64,000 bases of DNA from IMG/VR virus record IMGVR_UViG_3300046171_000231, positions 1 to 64,000 of that record; one strand, 5' to 3'. Of the stretch, positions 1 through 8,385 are shown one piece after another; the first letter of the stretch is position 1; each line of letters starts with the position of its first letter. Under the pieces are notes generated by a model, which was not told where the DNA came from, ran no database searches, and worked only from the letters and a program-made list of their open reading frames with translations. Both the position numbers and the translations under genes were made by a program.

Positions 1-69
1 GATAGAAAACCTTCGCCACTCCCCGAGCTCTGAAATAATAACTGTAACCTTCTGTAATATTTGGGATGG

Positions 70-129
70 ATCTTATCGCAATCCAGCTGCCCCGTCAACT
101 TAAGTTGTGCCACTTCGGATACTGTCCAC
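70..129 (-). promoter_or_regulatory. sigma70-type early promoter with upstream palindromic operator, firing off the left edge
   Basis: Minus strand TTGACG (93-98), 17 nt, TAAGAT (70-75); palindrome GTGCCACT-N6-ACTGTCCAC at 107-129. Confidence 0.6.
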
Positions 130-357
130 TGGCACCCCGTTCTCTAGCAATTTCGTGTTAGAATGGATGAACTCATCGGGAAAGAGGTTAATGCTCTTCG
201 CCCAATCAATCTTTTCGACCTTCAGGTCATCCCAACATTCTATGTCTAGCGTGACTGTGTACACACGCTTATGCATGATAATGTGTATCTCGAAGTGTAT
301 GTACATATGATAGCACACATCTAGATGACGTGTCAAGTATATGAGTATATGCACACA

Positions 358-538
358 TCTCGACTAGATGATATGATGTGCGGGTGTCTCGACTAGATTC
401 ATATTCACATACAGTATATGAGATAATGAATGATGATGAGAGTCTCGACTAGACTTATTATATGTGTGATATATCTCGACTAGCTTCTATGAGAATTATG
501 AGTATCTCGACTAGAAAATCTTATAAGTTCTCGACTAG
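358..538. repeat. Six exact direct repeats of TCTCGACTAG in a non-coding region
   Basis: Copies start at 358, 387, 443, 474, 505, 529. Confidence 0.95.
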
Positions 539-663
539 TTTTTATGTCAGGATTTCCAGAAATTTATGCCCGTGATGTTGACAAATCGCCCGTTCGATGC
601 TACGCTCGCTAAGTCCACAATACCCTAGCACATTACTTACAGATTCACTACACATTCTATATG

Positions 664-811
664 GATTCTATACAGATTCTCAAACGCAATAAATTACTGT
701 TTTATATTTAAAAAACCTTTTATTAATTAAAATCAAAGGTATTCTGTATCATTCAATACATTATAGAGGTATGCAAGAGTATTTTCTTTCCTGAGAGATT
801 CTATACAGATT
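664..811. repeat. 15-nt direct repeat GATTCTATACAGATT flanking an AT-rich tract
   Basis: Exact copies at 664-678 and 797-811. Confidence 0.8.
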
Positions 812-1135
812 ATAGGGGTAAAAACATTGATTTATTGTATCATTCTTGCTGTATATTGTATGACTTATATCACTTTACTCTACAATCTTATATACGCTCT
901 CATTCTCATCTTGCGACACTTAATTCTCTCTACATTCTACGACTCTTCGTGTGTGTTTATACCTTCGCTCTTACATCCCTTTAAAAATATCTACAGTTCA
1001 TCGAACAACCATAACAGAGTTATGTATAAGTCTTATGATTTAGGGGTAAAAAAAATCCGCTTGAACCCCTCGATAGACCACTCTATAAAATTCAGCGATT
1101 CTCTCTGATATGCGAGAGGGATAAACATAAAGGTC

Positions 1136-1456
1136 TTACTGTATATCTGCGTATCTACCTTCTTGCGAGTGATACATCTGAACATCTATACTATCTCTAC
1201 GATTTGTGATATACTCTAATTGATTCCAGTTATGATGATAGCATAGTAAGAGTACATGACTCTTCTTATGTAATGATGTTTTTGATTGTTCGGGTGGCAT
1301 ATCCCGAACTCCAAGTTCAATGGTTATATAATGGTCTGTCTGTGGGAAACCTTTTTTCTTTGGTGTGTAGTTGCATTTAAAATAAACCCAACCTTCGTGA
1401 ACCATACCGAGTGCTGTAGTCCACTTGACGTAATCATCGACTTGTGGTTCGTACAT
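1136..1456 (-). CDS. hypothetical phage protein (106 aa)
   Basis: ATG start, stop/start overlap with upstream ORF, phage-like composition. Confidence 0.75.
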   Translation of the reverse strand: MYEPQVDDYVKWTTALGMVHEGWVYFKCNYTPKKKGFPQTDHYITIELGVRDMPPEQSKTSLHKKSHVLLLCYHHNWNQLEYITNRRDSIDVQMYHSQEGRYADIQ

Positions 1457-1614
1457 TAATCGGGAATTGCTCTGAGTTCATCTGGGTTGACACCCTCATT
1501 CATTAATTCTTCTAATATTTTCTTTGCTCCATCTTTGGATAGTTTAAATGAAGTTTCGCTTACTAAACCCCATCCTGTAGTAAACTTTTGCTCAACTCTG
1601 TACTTGCGACTCAT
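1456..1614 (-). CDS. small hypothetical protein (52 aa, MSRKYRVEQKF...), missed by ORF track
   Basis: Read manually; TAATG overlap at 1454-1458. Confidence 0.7.
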   Translation of the reverse strand: MSRKYRVEQKFTTGWGLVSETSFKLSKDGAKKILEELMNEGVNPDELRAIPD

Positions 1615-1625
1615 TGTGTAACTCC

Positions 1626-1808
1626 TTAAGTAAATTCTGATAGGTAATAGTCATAAGAGACATTATGCAATTTTGCTTGACTCTTGTAGTATAGTTGTTT
1701 ATACTTGCGTGTAGATTCTCTTCTGAGATAATTCATTTCCTCTACGTCTGCGTGTTGCATAAACGACTTCAAAGTAGTTATAAAGGTTTTGATTTCATCA
1801 TCTGACAT
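1626..1808 (-). CDS. hypothetical early protein (60 aa)
   Basis: Tiles with neighbours on the minus strand. Confidence 0.7.
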   Translation of the reverse strand: MSDDEIKTFITTLKSFMQHADVEEMNYLRRESTRKYKQLYYKSQAKLHNVSYDYYLSEFT

Positions 1809-1839
1809 TGTAACTACTCTGTTTGTGCTGTATTATATA

Positions 1840-1983
1840 TCAGTTGGTTTGACCTCCACATTCACATACATCATCCAAGTTCTTTATCTTTTCAAGGATG
1901 CTGACAACAAGTGGATGAGTGTCTCCCATCAGGTAAAATTCAATCTTCCTTAACTCTTCCTTTGATAGATTAATAAGTGGCAT
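1840..1983 (-). CDS. small hypothetical protein (47 aa, MPLINLSKEE...), missed by ORF track
   Basis: Read manually; overlaps upstream stop at 1983. Confidence 0.65.
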   Translation of the reverse strand: MPLINLSKEELRKIEFYLMGDTHPLVVSILEKIKNLDDVCECGGQTN

Positions 1984-2150
1984 TAGTTCATTCCTGATAA
2001 TAGTTTAAGTGCTTGATTTTCCTGTGCCTGATAGATTTTGTTCTCTATCTGCTCAATCATATACCTTTCGTGGTCATCATTGTATTCAAAGTCTTGGACT
2101 ATGAATTTAAGAAACTCTAACTGTTCATTGTTGAATGTAATCTTTTCCAT
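1983..2150 (-). CDS. hypothetical early protein (MEKITF..., 55 aa)
   Basis: TAATG overlap at 2148-2152 supports start at 2150 rather than 2177. Confidence 0.7.
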   Translation of the reverse strand: MEKITFNNEQLEFLKFIVQDFEYNDDHERYMIEQIENKIYQAQENQALKLLSGMN

Positions 2151-2344
2151 TAGTCCTCTGTCTCCAATAATACCCACTTGTTTGCTTCCTCTAAAACAGA
2201 TTGAACATCAAGTAAGTCCTCATTCTCATTTAGAATGTCCGAGTCCTGATAATCTATTGATGATTCAACAAGTGATTCAACCTTTTCATTGACAAGTTCG
2301 TATAGAGTGTCGAACTGCTCTTCTGTAAAATAAACTTTTCTCAT
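2150..2344 (-). CDS. hypothetical acidic early protein (64 aa)
   Basis: ORF tiling. Confidence 0.75.
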   Translation of the reverse strand: MRKVYFTEEQFDTLYELVNEKVESLVESSIDYQDSDILNENEDLLDVQSVLEEANKWVLLETED

Positions 2345-2350
2345 TTGATT

Positions 2351-2818
2351 TTAGTGGATAATCTGGGGTCTAATTTGTCTGTGATGCCTAAGTCTTTCCA
2401 TTTTGTCCTTCATTCTCTCCTCTCGGAAATCATCAAGGTTATTAATGATAAGACTGATTCTTGCGTTTGCTTCCTTCAGTTCTTCATTACTGATAAAGAG
2501 TGAACTGTTCAGTAACTTCATTGTGATAAGTGCTGTTGGAACTGCGACTGCAACTCCTGTCAAAAATGATGTAATCATTACTCCCTCCAATTCTAATTCA
2601 AAGTCTTCTGCAACTGAAAGGAATGTACCTTCATCCCAAGACTTCATTTCTTCAAATGCACCTTCCTGACCATAAGTATCCTCTCCTTCCTGTATCATTT
2701 CGTGTATATGGTCAGATACAATACTTTTGAGTTCTTCAATGTCCATTATATCAACTGTCTCTTTGACAAATTTTCTTGCAAAGGTAACATAATCTTTGCT
2801 GTTAAGTTCTGATTTCAT
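2351..2818 (-). CDS. hypothetical protein, possibly two genes fused by an indel
   Basis: Acidic N-half then hydrophobic C-half starting at internal Met preceded by GGAG-TAATG. Confidence 0.65.
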   Translation of the reverse strand: MKSELNSKDYVTFARKFVKETVDIMDIEELKSIVSDHIHEMIQEGEDTYGQEGAFEEMKSWDEGTFLSVAEDFELELEGVMITSFLTGVAVAVPTALITMKLLNSSLFISNEELKEANARISLIINNLDDFREERMKDKMERLRHHRQIRPQIIH

Positions 2819-2820
2819 TT

Positions 2821-3021
2821 TTATGCTCCTTGATAGTAGTTAACTGGTTCTTCTTCAGTAACGCTAATCAGTTCGTGTCCTTCTGTGAAGTCAGATACAT
2901 CATAGTACTGATAGTTTCCATTTTGAAACTGTAGTCTTGCATCTTCTTCATTCTCTGCATAGATTTCGACATTTGCATAAGAGATAAATTTCTCTTCAAA
3001 GATAAATTTTGTTTTAGTCAT
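2821..3021 (-). CDS. hypothetical early protein (MTKTKFIFEE..., 66 aa)
   Basis: GGAG RBS upstream of ATG at 3021. Confidence 0.75.
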   Translation of the reverse strand: MTKTKFIFEEKFISYANVEIYAENEEDARLQFQNGNYQYYDVSDFTEGHELISVTEEEPVNYYQGA

Positions 3022-3322
3022 TGTTTGTTCCTCCAAATGCTTTTGAATAATAACCAACTTTTACATAGTCTCTCTTGAGTACACACATTGTGAATACATA
3101 TCCGAATAAGTGAGAATAATCATCAGGTGTCAACTCTGTGAATGATTCCCAATCTGAAACTGCGATTGCATTGTCCATATCACAACCATCGCCAGTAGCG
3201 TATGATGGTGCTGACATAAAAACTGCATCTTCATCAATCCAGAAGTGCATACCTAATGTTTCTGATACTGTGAACAGTATTGCTGTTCCGTCATCAGGTA
3301 GGATTTCCATTTTTGCGGTCAT
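3014..3322 (-). CDS. hypothetical early protein (102 aa)
   Basis: Directly behind promoter/leader cassette. Confidence 0.8.
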   Translation of the reverse strand: MTAKMEILPDDGTAILFTVSETLGMHFWIDEDAVFMSAPSYATGDGCDMDNAIAVSDWESFTELTPDDYSHLFGYVFTMCVLKRDYVKVGYYSKAFGGTNND

Positions 3323-3403
3323 AGGGGTTTTTCCTTTGTATATACCTATTATAATCGAAATAGGTTGGTTTGCAACTATTGTTGTGACAGTAATTCAACT
3401 GTC
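3320..3403 (-). promoter_or_regulatory. early promoter cassette: operator, TTGCAA-16-TATAAT, conserved leader
   Basis: TATAAT 3348-3353; GACAGT-N6-ACTGTC 3386-3403; leader ACAAAGGAAAAACCCCTATG. Confidence 0.8.
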
Positions 3404-3582
3404 TCTTCTCCATAAGCTTCTACACCAAAATGATTTACAATAACATCTTCAAGGTGGTCAATCTGTTCGTCAAACATTATGTCCACCAGTTCCTCTATCA
3501 ATACTGGTGCTGTCTCTGGAAAATCTTTTACAAGTGATGCTAATTCATACACCATATTTGCTTTGCGTGATTCTAAATTCAT
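3376..3582 (-). CDS. hypothetical acidic protein (68 aa)
   Basis: ATGA overlap with upstream ORF. Confidence 0.7.
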   Translation of the reverse strand: MNLESRKANMVYELASLVKDFPETAPVLIEELVDIMFDEQIDHLEDVIVNHFGVEAYGEETVELLSQQ

Positions 3583-3782
3583 AGTGATTTGTCAATTACA
3601 TTGATTACATTTTTCTTAAGAGTCTCATCATAGACTCGAATTGATAGTTCTCCATCTGCATCTTTGAATCCATTGCGGTCAAGTGCATTACCGACTATCT
3701 CCCACACTTGATGTACTTCTTCATCGGTCATCATACTTGCAATACTATAGAAGTGGGGTCTTTTGTACTGTCTCTTTGCCAT
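3579..3782 (-). CDS. hypothetical protein (67 aa)
   Basis: ORF tiling. Confidence 0.7.
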   Translation of the reverse strand: MAKRQYKRPHFYSIASMMTDEEVHQVWEIVGNALDRNGFKDADGELSIRVYDETLKKNVINVIDKSL

Positions 3783-3874
3783 TAGTTCTTCTCCCTTGCA
3801 TCAAGGTATCTGGAAACACATATACCCCAAAAGGTAAATGCACCAAAACACGCTGTTCCGATTAGTAGTTCCAT
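3782..3874 (-). CDS. small membrane peptide (30 aa, MELLIGTACFGAFTFWGICV...)
   Basis: Read manually; TAATG overlaps at both ends; hydrophobic segment. Confidence 0.6.
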   Translation of the reverse strand: MELLIGTACFGAFTFWGICVSRYLDAREKN

Positions 3875-4062
3875 TAGAAAAATCCTGCGTTGACTTCTGC
3901 GTCTTGTAGTTTCTCAAACACTTCGACTTGTGTTTCTGATAACTCAAAGTCCATATCTCTCAATATGTCATAGAGTTTGATAGTTTCATACAGTTCATCG
4001 CCTGTAAAGGAAACTGATACATTAAGTTTCTCAATCATATCAAGTATTCTGTGAGATAACAT
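3874..4062 (-). CDS. hypothetical protein (62 aa)
   Basis: ORF tiling. Confidence 0.65.
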   Translation of the reverse strand: MLSHRILDMIEKLNVSVSFTGDELYETIKLYDILRDMDFELSETQVEVFEKLQDAEVNAGFF

Positions 4063-4225
4063 CCCAAGTAGAGATAAAGTCCTCTAACCAGTAGGATTGA
4101 TTTTGTGTAAGTCTGCCTTTAGTGTCAGCACCATAAAGAATCTCACTTGCACATCTATGTGGTAGTTTGTTCTTGGATAACCAAGCATCGTACACATCAC
4201 ATAAGAATAACATTTCTTTTGACAT
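4040..4225 (-). CDS. hypothetical early protein (61 aa)
   Basis: Behind promoter/leader cassette. Confidence 0.75.
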   Translation of the reverse strand: MSKEMLFLCDVYDAWLSKNKLPHRCASEILYGADTKGRLTQNQSYWLEDFISTWDVISQNT

Positions 4226-4311
4226 AAGGGGGTTCTCCTTTGTTTATACTATTATTATAGCAAGTCCAAGTCCTTGCGTCTGTGTGTAGTGGACACCTCT
4301 TCATCTGTCAC
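4223..4311 (-). promoter_or_regulatory. early promoter cassette (extended -10 TGCTATAAT, operator, leader)
   Basis: TATAAT 4254-4259; GACACC-N6-TCTGTC 4292-4309; leader ACAAAGGAGAACCCCCTTATG. Confidence 0.8.
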
Positions 4312-4683
4312 ACCCATACTATCTACAAGTGCATCAACTTTGCTACCATAGTCATCAAGGTCTTTACCCTCTGATAGACTATCAAGGTAATCTTCTCTCC
4401 TGTCCTTTTTGAAATCACAATCAGCATACTCTTCGATTTCTTCGATTACATCGTCAAATCCATCATCCCAGTAGTTTTTTGCTTCATTGATGAACTGTTC
4501 CTCTGGTAGATTCTCAAAATACTGGTCAAGGTCATCTGTGACATATTGAACTAAGTCCTGAGTTTCCATATTGTCCACCATTCTCTCAACCAAGAATGAT
4601 TTAAGTTCATTGATTAGTGCGGGTGTAAAATCTTTTTTTACTTGACTCATTTTATTATGAGAGTAATATTCAAATTGTGTCAT
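4255..4683 (-). CDS. hypothetical acidic protein
   Basis: ATG at 4683 (or 4650); the upstream extension overlaps the previous gene. Confidence 0.75.
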   Translation of the reverse strand: MTQFEYYSHNKMSQVKKDFTPALINELKSFLVERMVDNMETQDLVQYVTDDLDQYFENLPEEQFINEAKNYWDDGFDDVIEEIEEYADCDFKKDRREDYLDSLSEGKDLDDYGSKVDALVDSMGVTDEEVSTTHRRKDLDLL

Positions 4684-4684
4684 C

Positions 4685-4918
4685 TTAAATCTCCATAAAG
4701 ACTTCATCTTCATCAATACCACCAAGAAGTTGCTGTATTTCGTCATAGACTTCTCTACCACTACAACTCATTCTTTGGTAATCCCAACCTAAGTCATCTA
4801 TGAGACTATGTAATCTGTCTCCATATTCGTTGACTCGAAGTTCTTTTCCTTCAACTTTGATGAAAAACTCTCTTTTGTAGTTCAATCCAAATGTTTTGTC
4901 TTTGTTTTTTGTAGTCAT
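4685..4918 (-). CDS. hypothetical protein (77 aa)
   Basis: TAATG overlap. Confidence 0.75.
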   Translation of the reverse strand: MTTKNKDKTFGLNYKREFFIKVEGKELRVNEYGDRLHSLIDDLGWDYQRMSCSGREVYDEIQQLLGGIDEDEVFMEI

Positions 4919-5169
4919 TAGTTTCCCTCCCAGTTGTGGTAATTAAATTCAGATATGTCAAAGTATAATGGGTCGTGTAGTCTTGCAACTTGTTCTGGTG
5001 TTTCATCGTCAGGGACAAATACGAACTCCTCGCAAAAATACTCTGCACTTCCTATACCCACTTTTTCAATGTGTTCTAGGATTTCATCAATTGCATCTTT
5101 GTTATCGTCAAGTTGTTTCTTGAGATACTTGATGTCTCTCTTAAGTTGTTTGTCAGATGAGATTTTCAT
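4918..5169 (-). CDS. hypothetical early protein (83 aa)
   Basis: Behind promoter/leader cassette. Confidence 0.8.
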   Translation of the reverse strand: MKISSDKQLKRDIKYLKKQLDDNKDAIDEILEHIEKVGIGSAEYFCEEFVFVPDDETPEQVARLHDPLYFDISEFNYHNWEGN

Positions 5170-5252
5170 AGGGGTTCTCCTTTGTTATATTACTATTATA
5201 GTGGTAAAACTGCCATACTACCACTCTTAGTGGACACTTTCTTAGGTGGCAC
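5167..5252 (-). promoter_or_regulatory. early promoter cassette (operator, -10, leader)
   Basis: TATAAT 5195-5200; GACACT-N6-GGTGGC 5233-5250; leader ACAAAGGAGAACCCCTATG. Confidence 0.75.
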
Positions 5253-5771
5253 ATCCAGCTCCTCCATTACAATTTGTTTTGGTAGTATGTTATAGCAATA
5301 GTAACTACTACTAAAAGTTATCTTGTCATTGTCTCTACCATCAGGACTAATAAACTTCATTCTCTTATCAAACATAAGCAACTGCAAGTCCTTATCCTTG
5401 AATAATTGTTTTGGTGCTGAATCATTCAACCAAGTGTTTGTCATTATCAAGGCAAAAGGTTTGCCAAAAGATAATGCTCTCTCAAAGTATTTTCTCTTAT
5501 TTGTGAATGGTGGATTTGATACCATTACATCCCAGTAATCAGGTTCAAAGTCAAAGAAGTCAATACCCATACTAATATGAGTAGCGATAACTTTATTTTG
5601 CTTCGATATTTGTTTAGTGAACTCACTATCAATGGTATCAAAAGGACACCATACAGTAGCACCCTCTGGAATATACTTCAGTATAGGTTTAACACCATAA
5701 TCAGGTGTGTAACACTCATCGTTGTTACCACCTGAGAACATTAACTTACCACTATCTAATTCTTGTACCAT
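5196..5771 (-). CDS. DNA amino-methyltransferase (N6-adenine type)
   Basis: DECYTP, WCPFD (SAM-binding) and SNPPF (catalytic) motifs. Confidence 0.8.
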   Translation of the reverse strand: MVQELDSGKLMFSGGNNDECYTPDYGVKPILKYIPEGATVWCPFDTIDSEFTKQISKQNKVIATHISMGIDFFDFEPDYWDVMVSNPPFTNKRKYFERALSFGKPFALIMTNTWLNDSAPKQLFKDKDLQLLMFDKRMKFISPDGRDNDKITFSSSYYCYNILPKQIVMEELDVPPKKVSTKSGSMAVLPL

Positions 5772-6252
5772 ATTCCTTGATTTGTTTTGTACTGATACTT
5801 ACCCCTATTCTAGGGTCTTTTTTGTGTGATGTTCCTTCATTAAACTGTTTCTTAATCTTCGGTAATAAAATCTTTAGTACGTTGTTAGCATTTAACTTCC
5901 ATACCTCTGCAACTCTACCACCATCAAATCTTGCATAATAATGGTTTTCATACTTACCAATTTTATCCTCTATGATATACCTAGCTTGGTCTTCCCAATC
6001 ATCTTGAACACTTATACCATTATAAGTTCCATTGACACTCTTACCTATGGTGGATTTGTATTCACATCCACCATCTTCATCTATTGCATCTTCCCCAGAA
6101 TAATCATCTGCAACTTTATGACCAAGTAAACCTGCCATATAGATTTCTCTTGACCTTGCATAAGAGAATGGGTCTCCCCAACCCTGTTCGTCACATAGGT
6201 CATACATTTGTTCGTAGAGGTCACGATACTTTTCTTCGGGGGTCATAATCAT
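5752..6252 (-). CDS. putative PD-(D/E)xK restriction endonuclease
   Basis: E...GEDA-x6-EYK pattern; overlaps the downstream MTase. Confidence 0.55.
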   Translation of the reverse strand: MIMTPEEKYRDLYEQMYDLCDEQGWGDPFSYARSREIYMAGLLGHKVADDYSGEDAIDEDGGCEYKSTIGKSVNGTYNGISVQDDWEDQARYIIEDKIGKYENHYYARFDGGRVAEVWKLNANNVLKILLPKIKKQFNEGTSHKKDPRIGVSISTKQIKEYGTRIR

Positions 6253-6267
6253 TTCGTAATTACTATT

Positions 6268-6322
6268 ATTATAGCAAAGATTTTACCATATATCAATGTG
6301 GTGTGACAGTAATTTAACTGTC
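6268..6322 (-). promoter_or_regulatory. sigma70 early promoter TTGATA-17-TATAAT (extended -10) with operator palindrome
   Basis: -35 6291-6296, -10 6268-6273, GACAGT-aattta-ACTGTC 6305-6322. Confidence 0.85.
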
Positions 6323-6490
6323 CTATCCACACTCACTTTCATAATTTGCCTGTGATATTATAATGCTATCCACTTTTTCTCTTACTAAATTACACCACTC
6401 AATATCTTCCTCATCAAGATTTGGATTTTCTTTAAGGTAATACTTTAATGCGTAATCTATAGTTGTTAGTTCATAATTGTCTAAATTCAT
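6323..6490 (-). CDS. hypothetical protein (MNLDNYEL..., 55 aa)
   Basis: ATGA overlap at 6487-6490 supports this start over 6553. Confidence 0.7.
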   Translation of the reverse strand: MNLDNYELTTIDYALKYYLKENPNLDEEDIEWCNLVREKVDSIIISQANYESECG

Positions 6491-6654
6491 AATAATCTCC
6501 ATTGATTTTTTTCTACCATAGCACCACACTCTTGACAACTGAGTGCTGACCAACTAAAGTGATATACTGTGGCAACTTTGTTACAATCAGGGCAAACTAT
6601 CTGTTTACCCCACATCCCTGCTCTGGTATGCTTATTTACTGTTTGTATTACCAT
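6487..6654 (-). CDS. small zinc-ribbon protein (55 aa), missed by ORF track
   Basis: MVIQTVNKHTRAGMWGKQIVCPDC...CQECGAMV...; two CxxC pairs. Confidence 0.7.
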   Translation of the reverse strand: MVIQTVNKHTRAGMWGKQIVCPDCNKVATVYHFSWSALSCQECGAMVEKNQWRLL

Positions 6655-6875
6655 TCTCCCTCTGGTTGTTTTGCTCTTGCCTTTTCAATCTTATTGTAAA
6701 ACTTATCAACAGTTGTTTCCAACTCTTTGAAAATTTCATCAATTTCTTCTACTAACTCTTCATCATCGTTACCTTGCACATAACCCTCTAAACAATAGAG
6801 AATAGTGCTTATCTGTTCTTCTCTCAAGGTCAACTTGAGAGGTGTCTGTGGAAATTCACTTCTAATTTTTGTCAT
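6648..6875 (-). CDS. hypothetical protein (75 aa)
   Basis: ORF tiling. Confidence 0.75.
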   Translation of the reverse strand: MTKIRSEFPQTPLKLTLREEQISTILYCLEGYVQGNDDEELVEEIDEIFKELETTVDKFYNKIEKARAKQPEGEW

Positions 6876-6876
6876 C

Positions 6877-7251
6877 TTACTCTCCTACAAACTTGTAGTT
6901 GTACTCTTCAAGTAGAATGTCTCTGACTCTTTCTCTGTCAAGTGAGTCTCCGTCTCCCCAAGTGCAATTTGTAACTCTCTCATCACTACATTGTGAAAGA
7001 TAGAATTGAGTAGCACTATAGATGTCAACTGTGTTGAGTGGTTGACCTGTCTCTTTACTCATCATAGGATAGAGTGGGTCAACAACACCATAGAATGAAT
7101 CTACATACTTCACGAAATCTGTGAGCATATCATTGAGTGCTGTTGATGGTATTCCTGAGTTCATAGTAAGGGATTTCTTGATTACTTCTCTATTATAGGG
7201 CATTTTATAACCTATGCGTGGTAGGTTGTGACACATATTTAACTGTCCCAA
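6877..7251 (-). CDS. hypothetical protein
   Basis: ORF; true start may be an internal Met. Confidence 0.7.
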   Translation of the reverse strand: MGQLNMCHNLPRIGYKMPYNREVIKKSLTMNSGIPSTALNDMLTDFVKYVDSFYGVVDPLYPMMSKETGQPLNTVDIYSATQFYLSQCSDERVTNCTWGDGDSLDRERVRDILLEEYNYKFVGE

Positions 7252-8156
7252 GCTCCACTTGTAAGGAAGTTTAATCTGCTAAACTCATCCCTATCAACTA
7301 ATTTGTATATACCCCACCTATTCCACATTACATAACCTTCGCCATCTATTTCGCCATCGTCATTAAATGTTGACCACCAAGCATTGTGTTCACATCTTTT
7401 GAGTGCATCCATTTTGATTGACTTGACTAACTTCCAAAGTCTCATCAAGTTAGGGTCAATATTATGTGAGTGTGATATAGTATCAATCACATCATCTGTC
7501 ATTCTTGTTCCAAGACGAATACAATGATTAATAGTTTTCTTTAATTCTTGTGCTTTTTTATTGTCAACAAACTGAACCATAGTTGCCATTTGTTTTGCAA
7601 ACTGACATCTATCATATACAAATTCTTGAAACTTAGCGATTGCATCACATTGAACATACAATACTTTATCAAGGTCAGTTTCAAGTGTATGGTCTAATGG
7701 TACTGCGTGTGTCTCAACTAAGGTGTTACCTGTAGCGATATACTCTGTGTGTGGTGCAATAATAATATTATGGTCTATCTTAAATGGAAATAGATAACCT
7801 ATTGTATTCGGTTGGTAATAGTCATCGCCACCGATACCAAGTAAGTCTCCCTGATATATTGTATCTGTTCTGATTAGATTATCAAAACAAGAGTGTAATT
7901 TATTTGCCAAGTCTGGTTTTTCAGCATATAATATATCAATCTCTTCGTGAGAGTGACATACCATCTTCTTGACTTTATTGAATACTGATTTAGTTCCTAC
8001 GAAAAATTTATCATTTTCGGGATTAGTTCCCCATACAATAGCAGGGCAACCATCTATTTTAAGAGATACCTTTCCCTGTAAAGTAAACCAGTTAATTGCT
8101 GATAAGTCTCCAGTAAGAATAGTATCTTCGGGATGTTCAATGTGTTTGAGTTGCAT
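7239..8156 (-). CDS. conserved cyanophage-type protein with ligase-like nucleotidyltransferase motifs
   Basis: KIDG, YQGD, EGYV, YKLV in ligase motif order. Confidence 0.6.
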   Translation of the reverse strand: MQLKHIEHPEDTILTGDLSAINWFTLQGKVSLKIDGCPAIVWGTNPENDKFFVGTKSVFNKVKKMVCHSHEEIDILYAEKPDLANKLHSCFDNLIRTDTIYQGDLLGIGGDDYYQPNTIGYLFPFKIDHNIIIAPHTEYIATGNTLVETHAVPLDHTLETDLDKVLYVQCDAIAKFQEFVYDRCQFAKQMATMVQFVDNKKAQELKKTINHCIRLGTRMTDDVIDTISHSHNIDPNLMRLWKLVKSIKMDALKRCEHNAWWSTFNDDGEIDGEGYVMWNRWGIYKLVDRDEFSRLNFLTSGAWDS

Positions 8157-8243
8157 TTGTTTGAGTGATAGTAGTTTGCTTAAACTAATATTATTCTCTC
8201 TCTATTGACCTTATATTAACACATACGAGATTATATAGTAAAA

Positions 8244-8384
8244 TTATAACCCAAATGGTAATAATCTGACACCATTTTTTAACAAGAATGTGTCAATAAT
8301 TAGGTTTGCTATATTAGTTCCCCAATGTAGCATCCATAGAAATGAAACAATAAAAATTAGTTTTTCTTTGATTGATAATTTCAT
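8244..8384 (-). CDS. small membrane protein (46 aa, MKLSIKEKLIFIVSFLWMLHW...)
   Basis: Read manually; starts 2 nt after the upstream stop. Confidence 0.6.
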   Translation of the reverse strand: MKLSIKEKLIFIVSFLWMLHWGTNIANLIIDTFLLKNGVRLLPFGL

Positions 8385-8385
8385 T

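Noticed and set aside
100-354. 84-aa minus ORF and 67-aa plus ORF (107-310)
   Set aside because: They overlap each other and the promoter/operator; low-complexity His/Ile/Met composition; no RBS
358-538. TCTCGACTAG array as a CRISPR or mini-CRISPR
   Set aside because: The repeat is only 10 nt, spacers are irregular (14-46 nt), and no cas genes are present
827-1108. 93-aa plus-strand ORF
   Set aside because: Non-ATG start, AT-rich low-complexity sequence, no protein-like motif
3383-3405. Operator palindrome as a CRP/NtcA-family site
   Set aside because: The TGTGA is present but its partner is not at N6 spacing; the geometry (GACAGT-N6-ACTGTC) differs from TGTGA-N6-TCACA and GTA-N8-TAC
8266-8295. 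TGACAC...GTGTCA inverted repeat as another operator copy
   Set aside because: The spacer is much longer than N6 and it lies in a small CDS; at best a half-site
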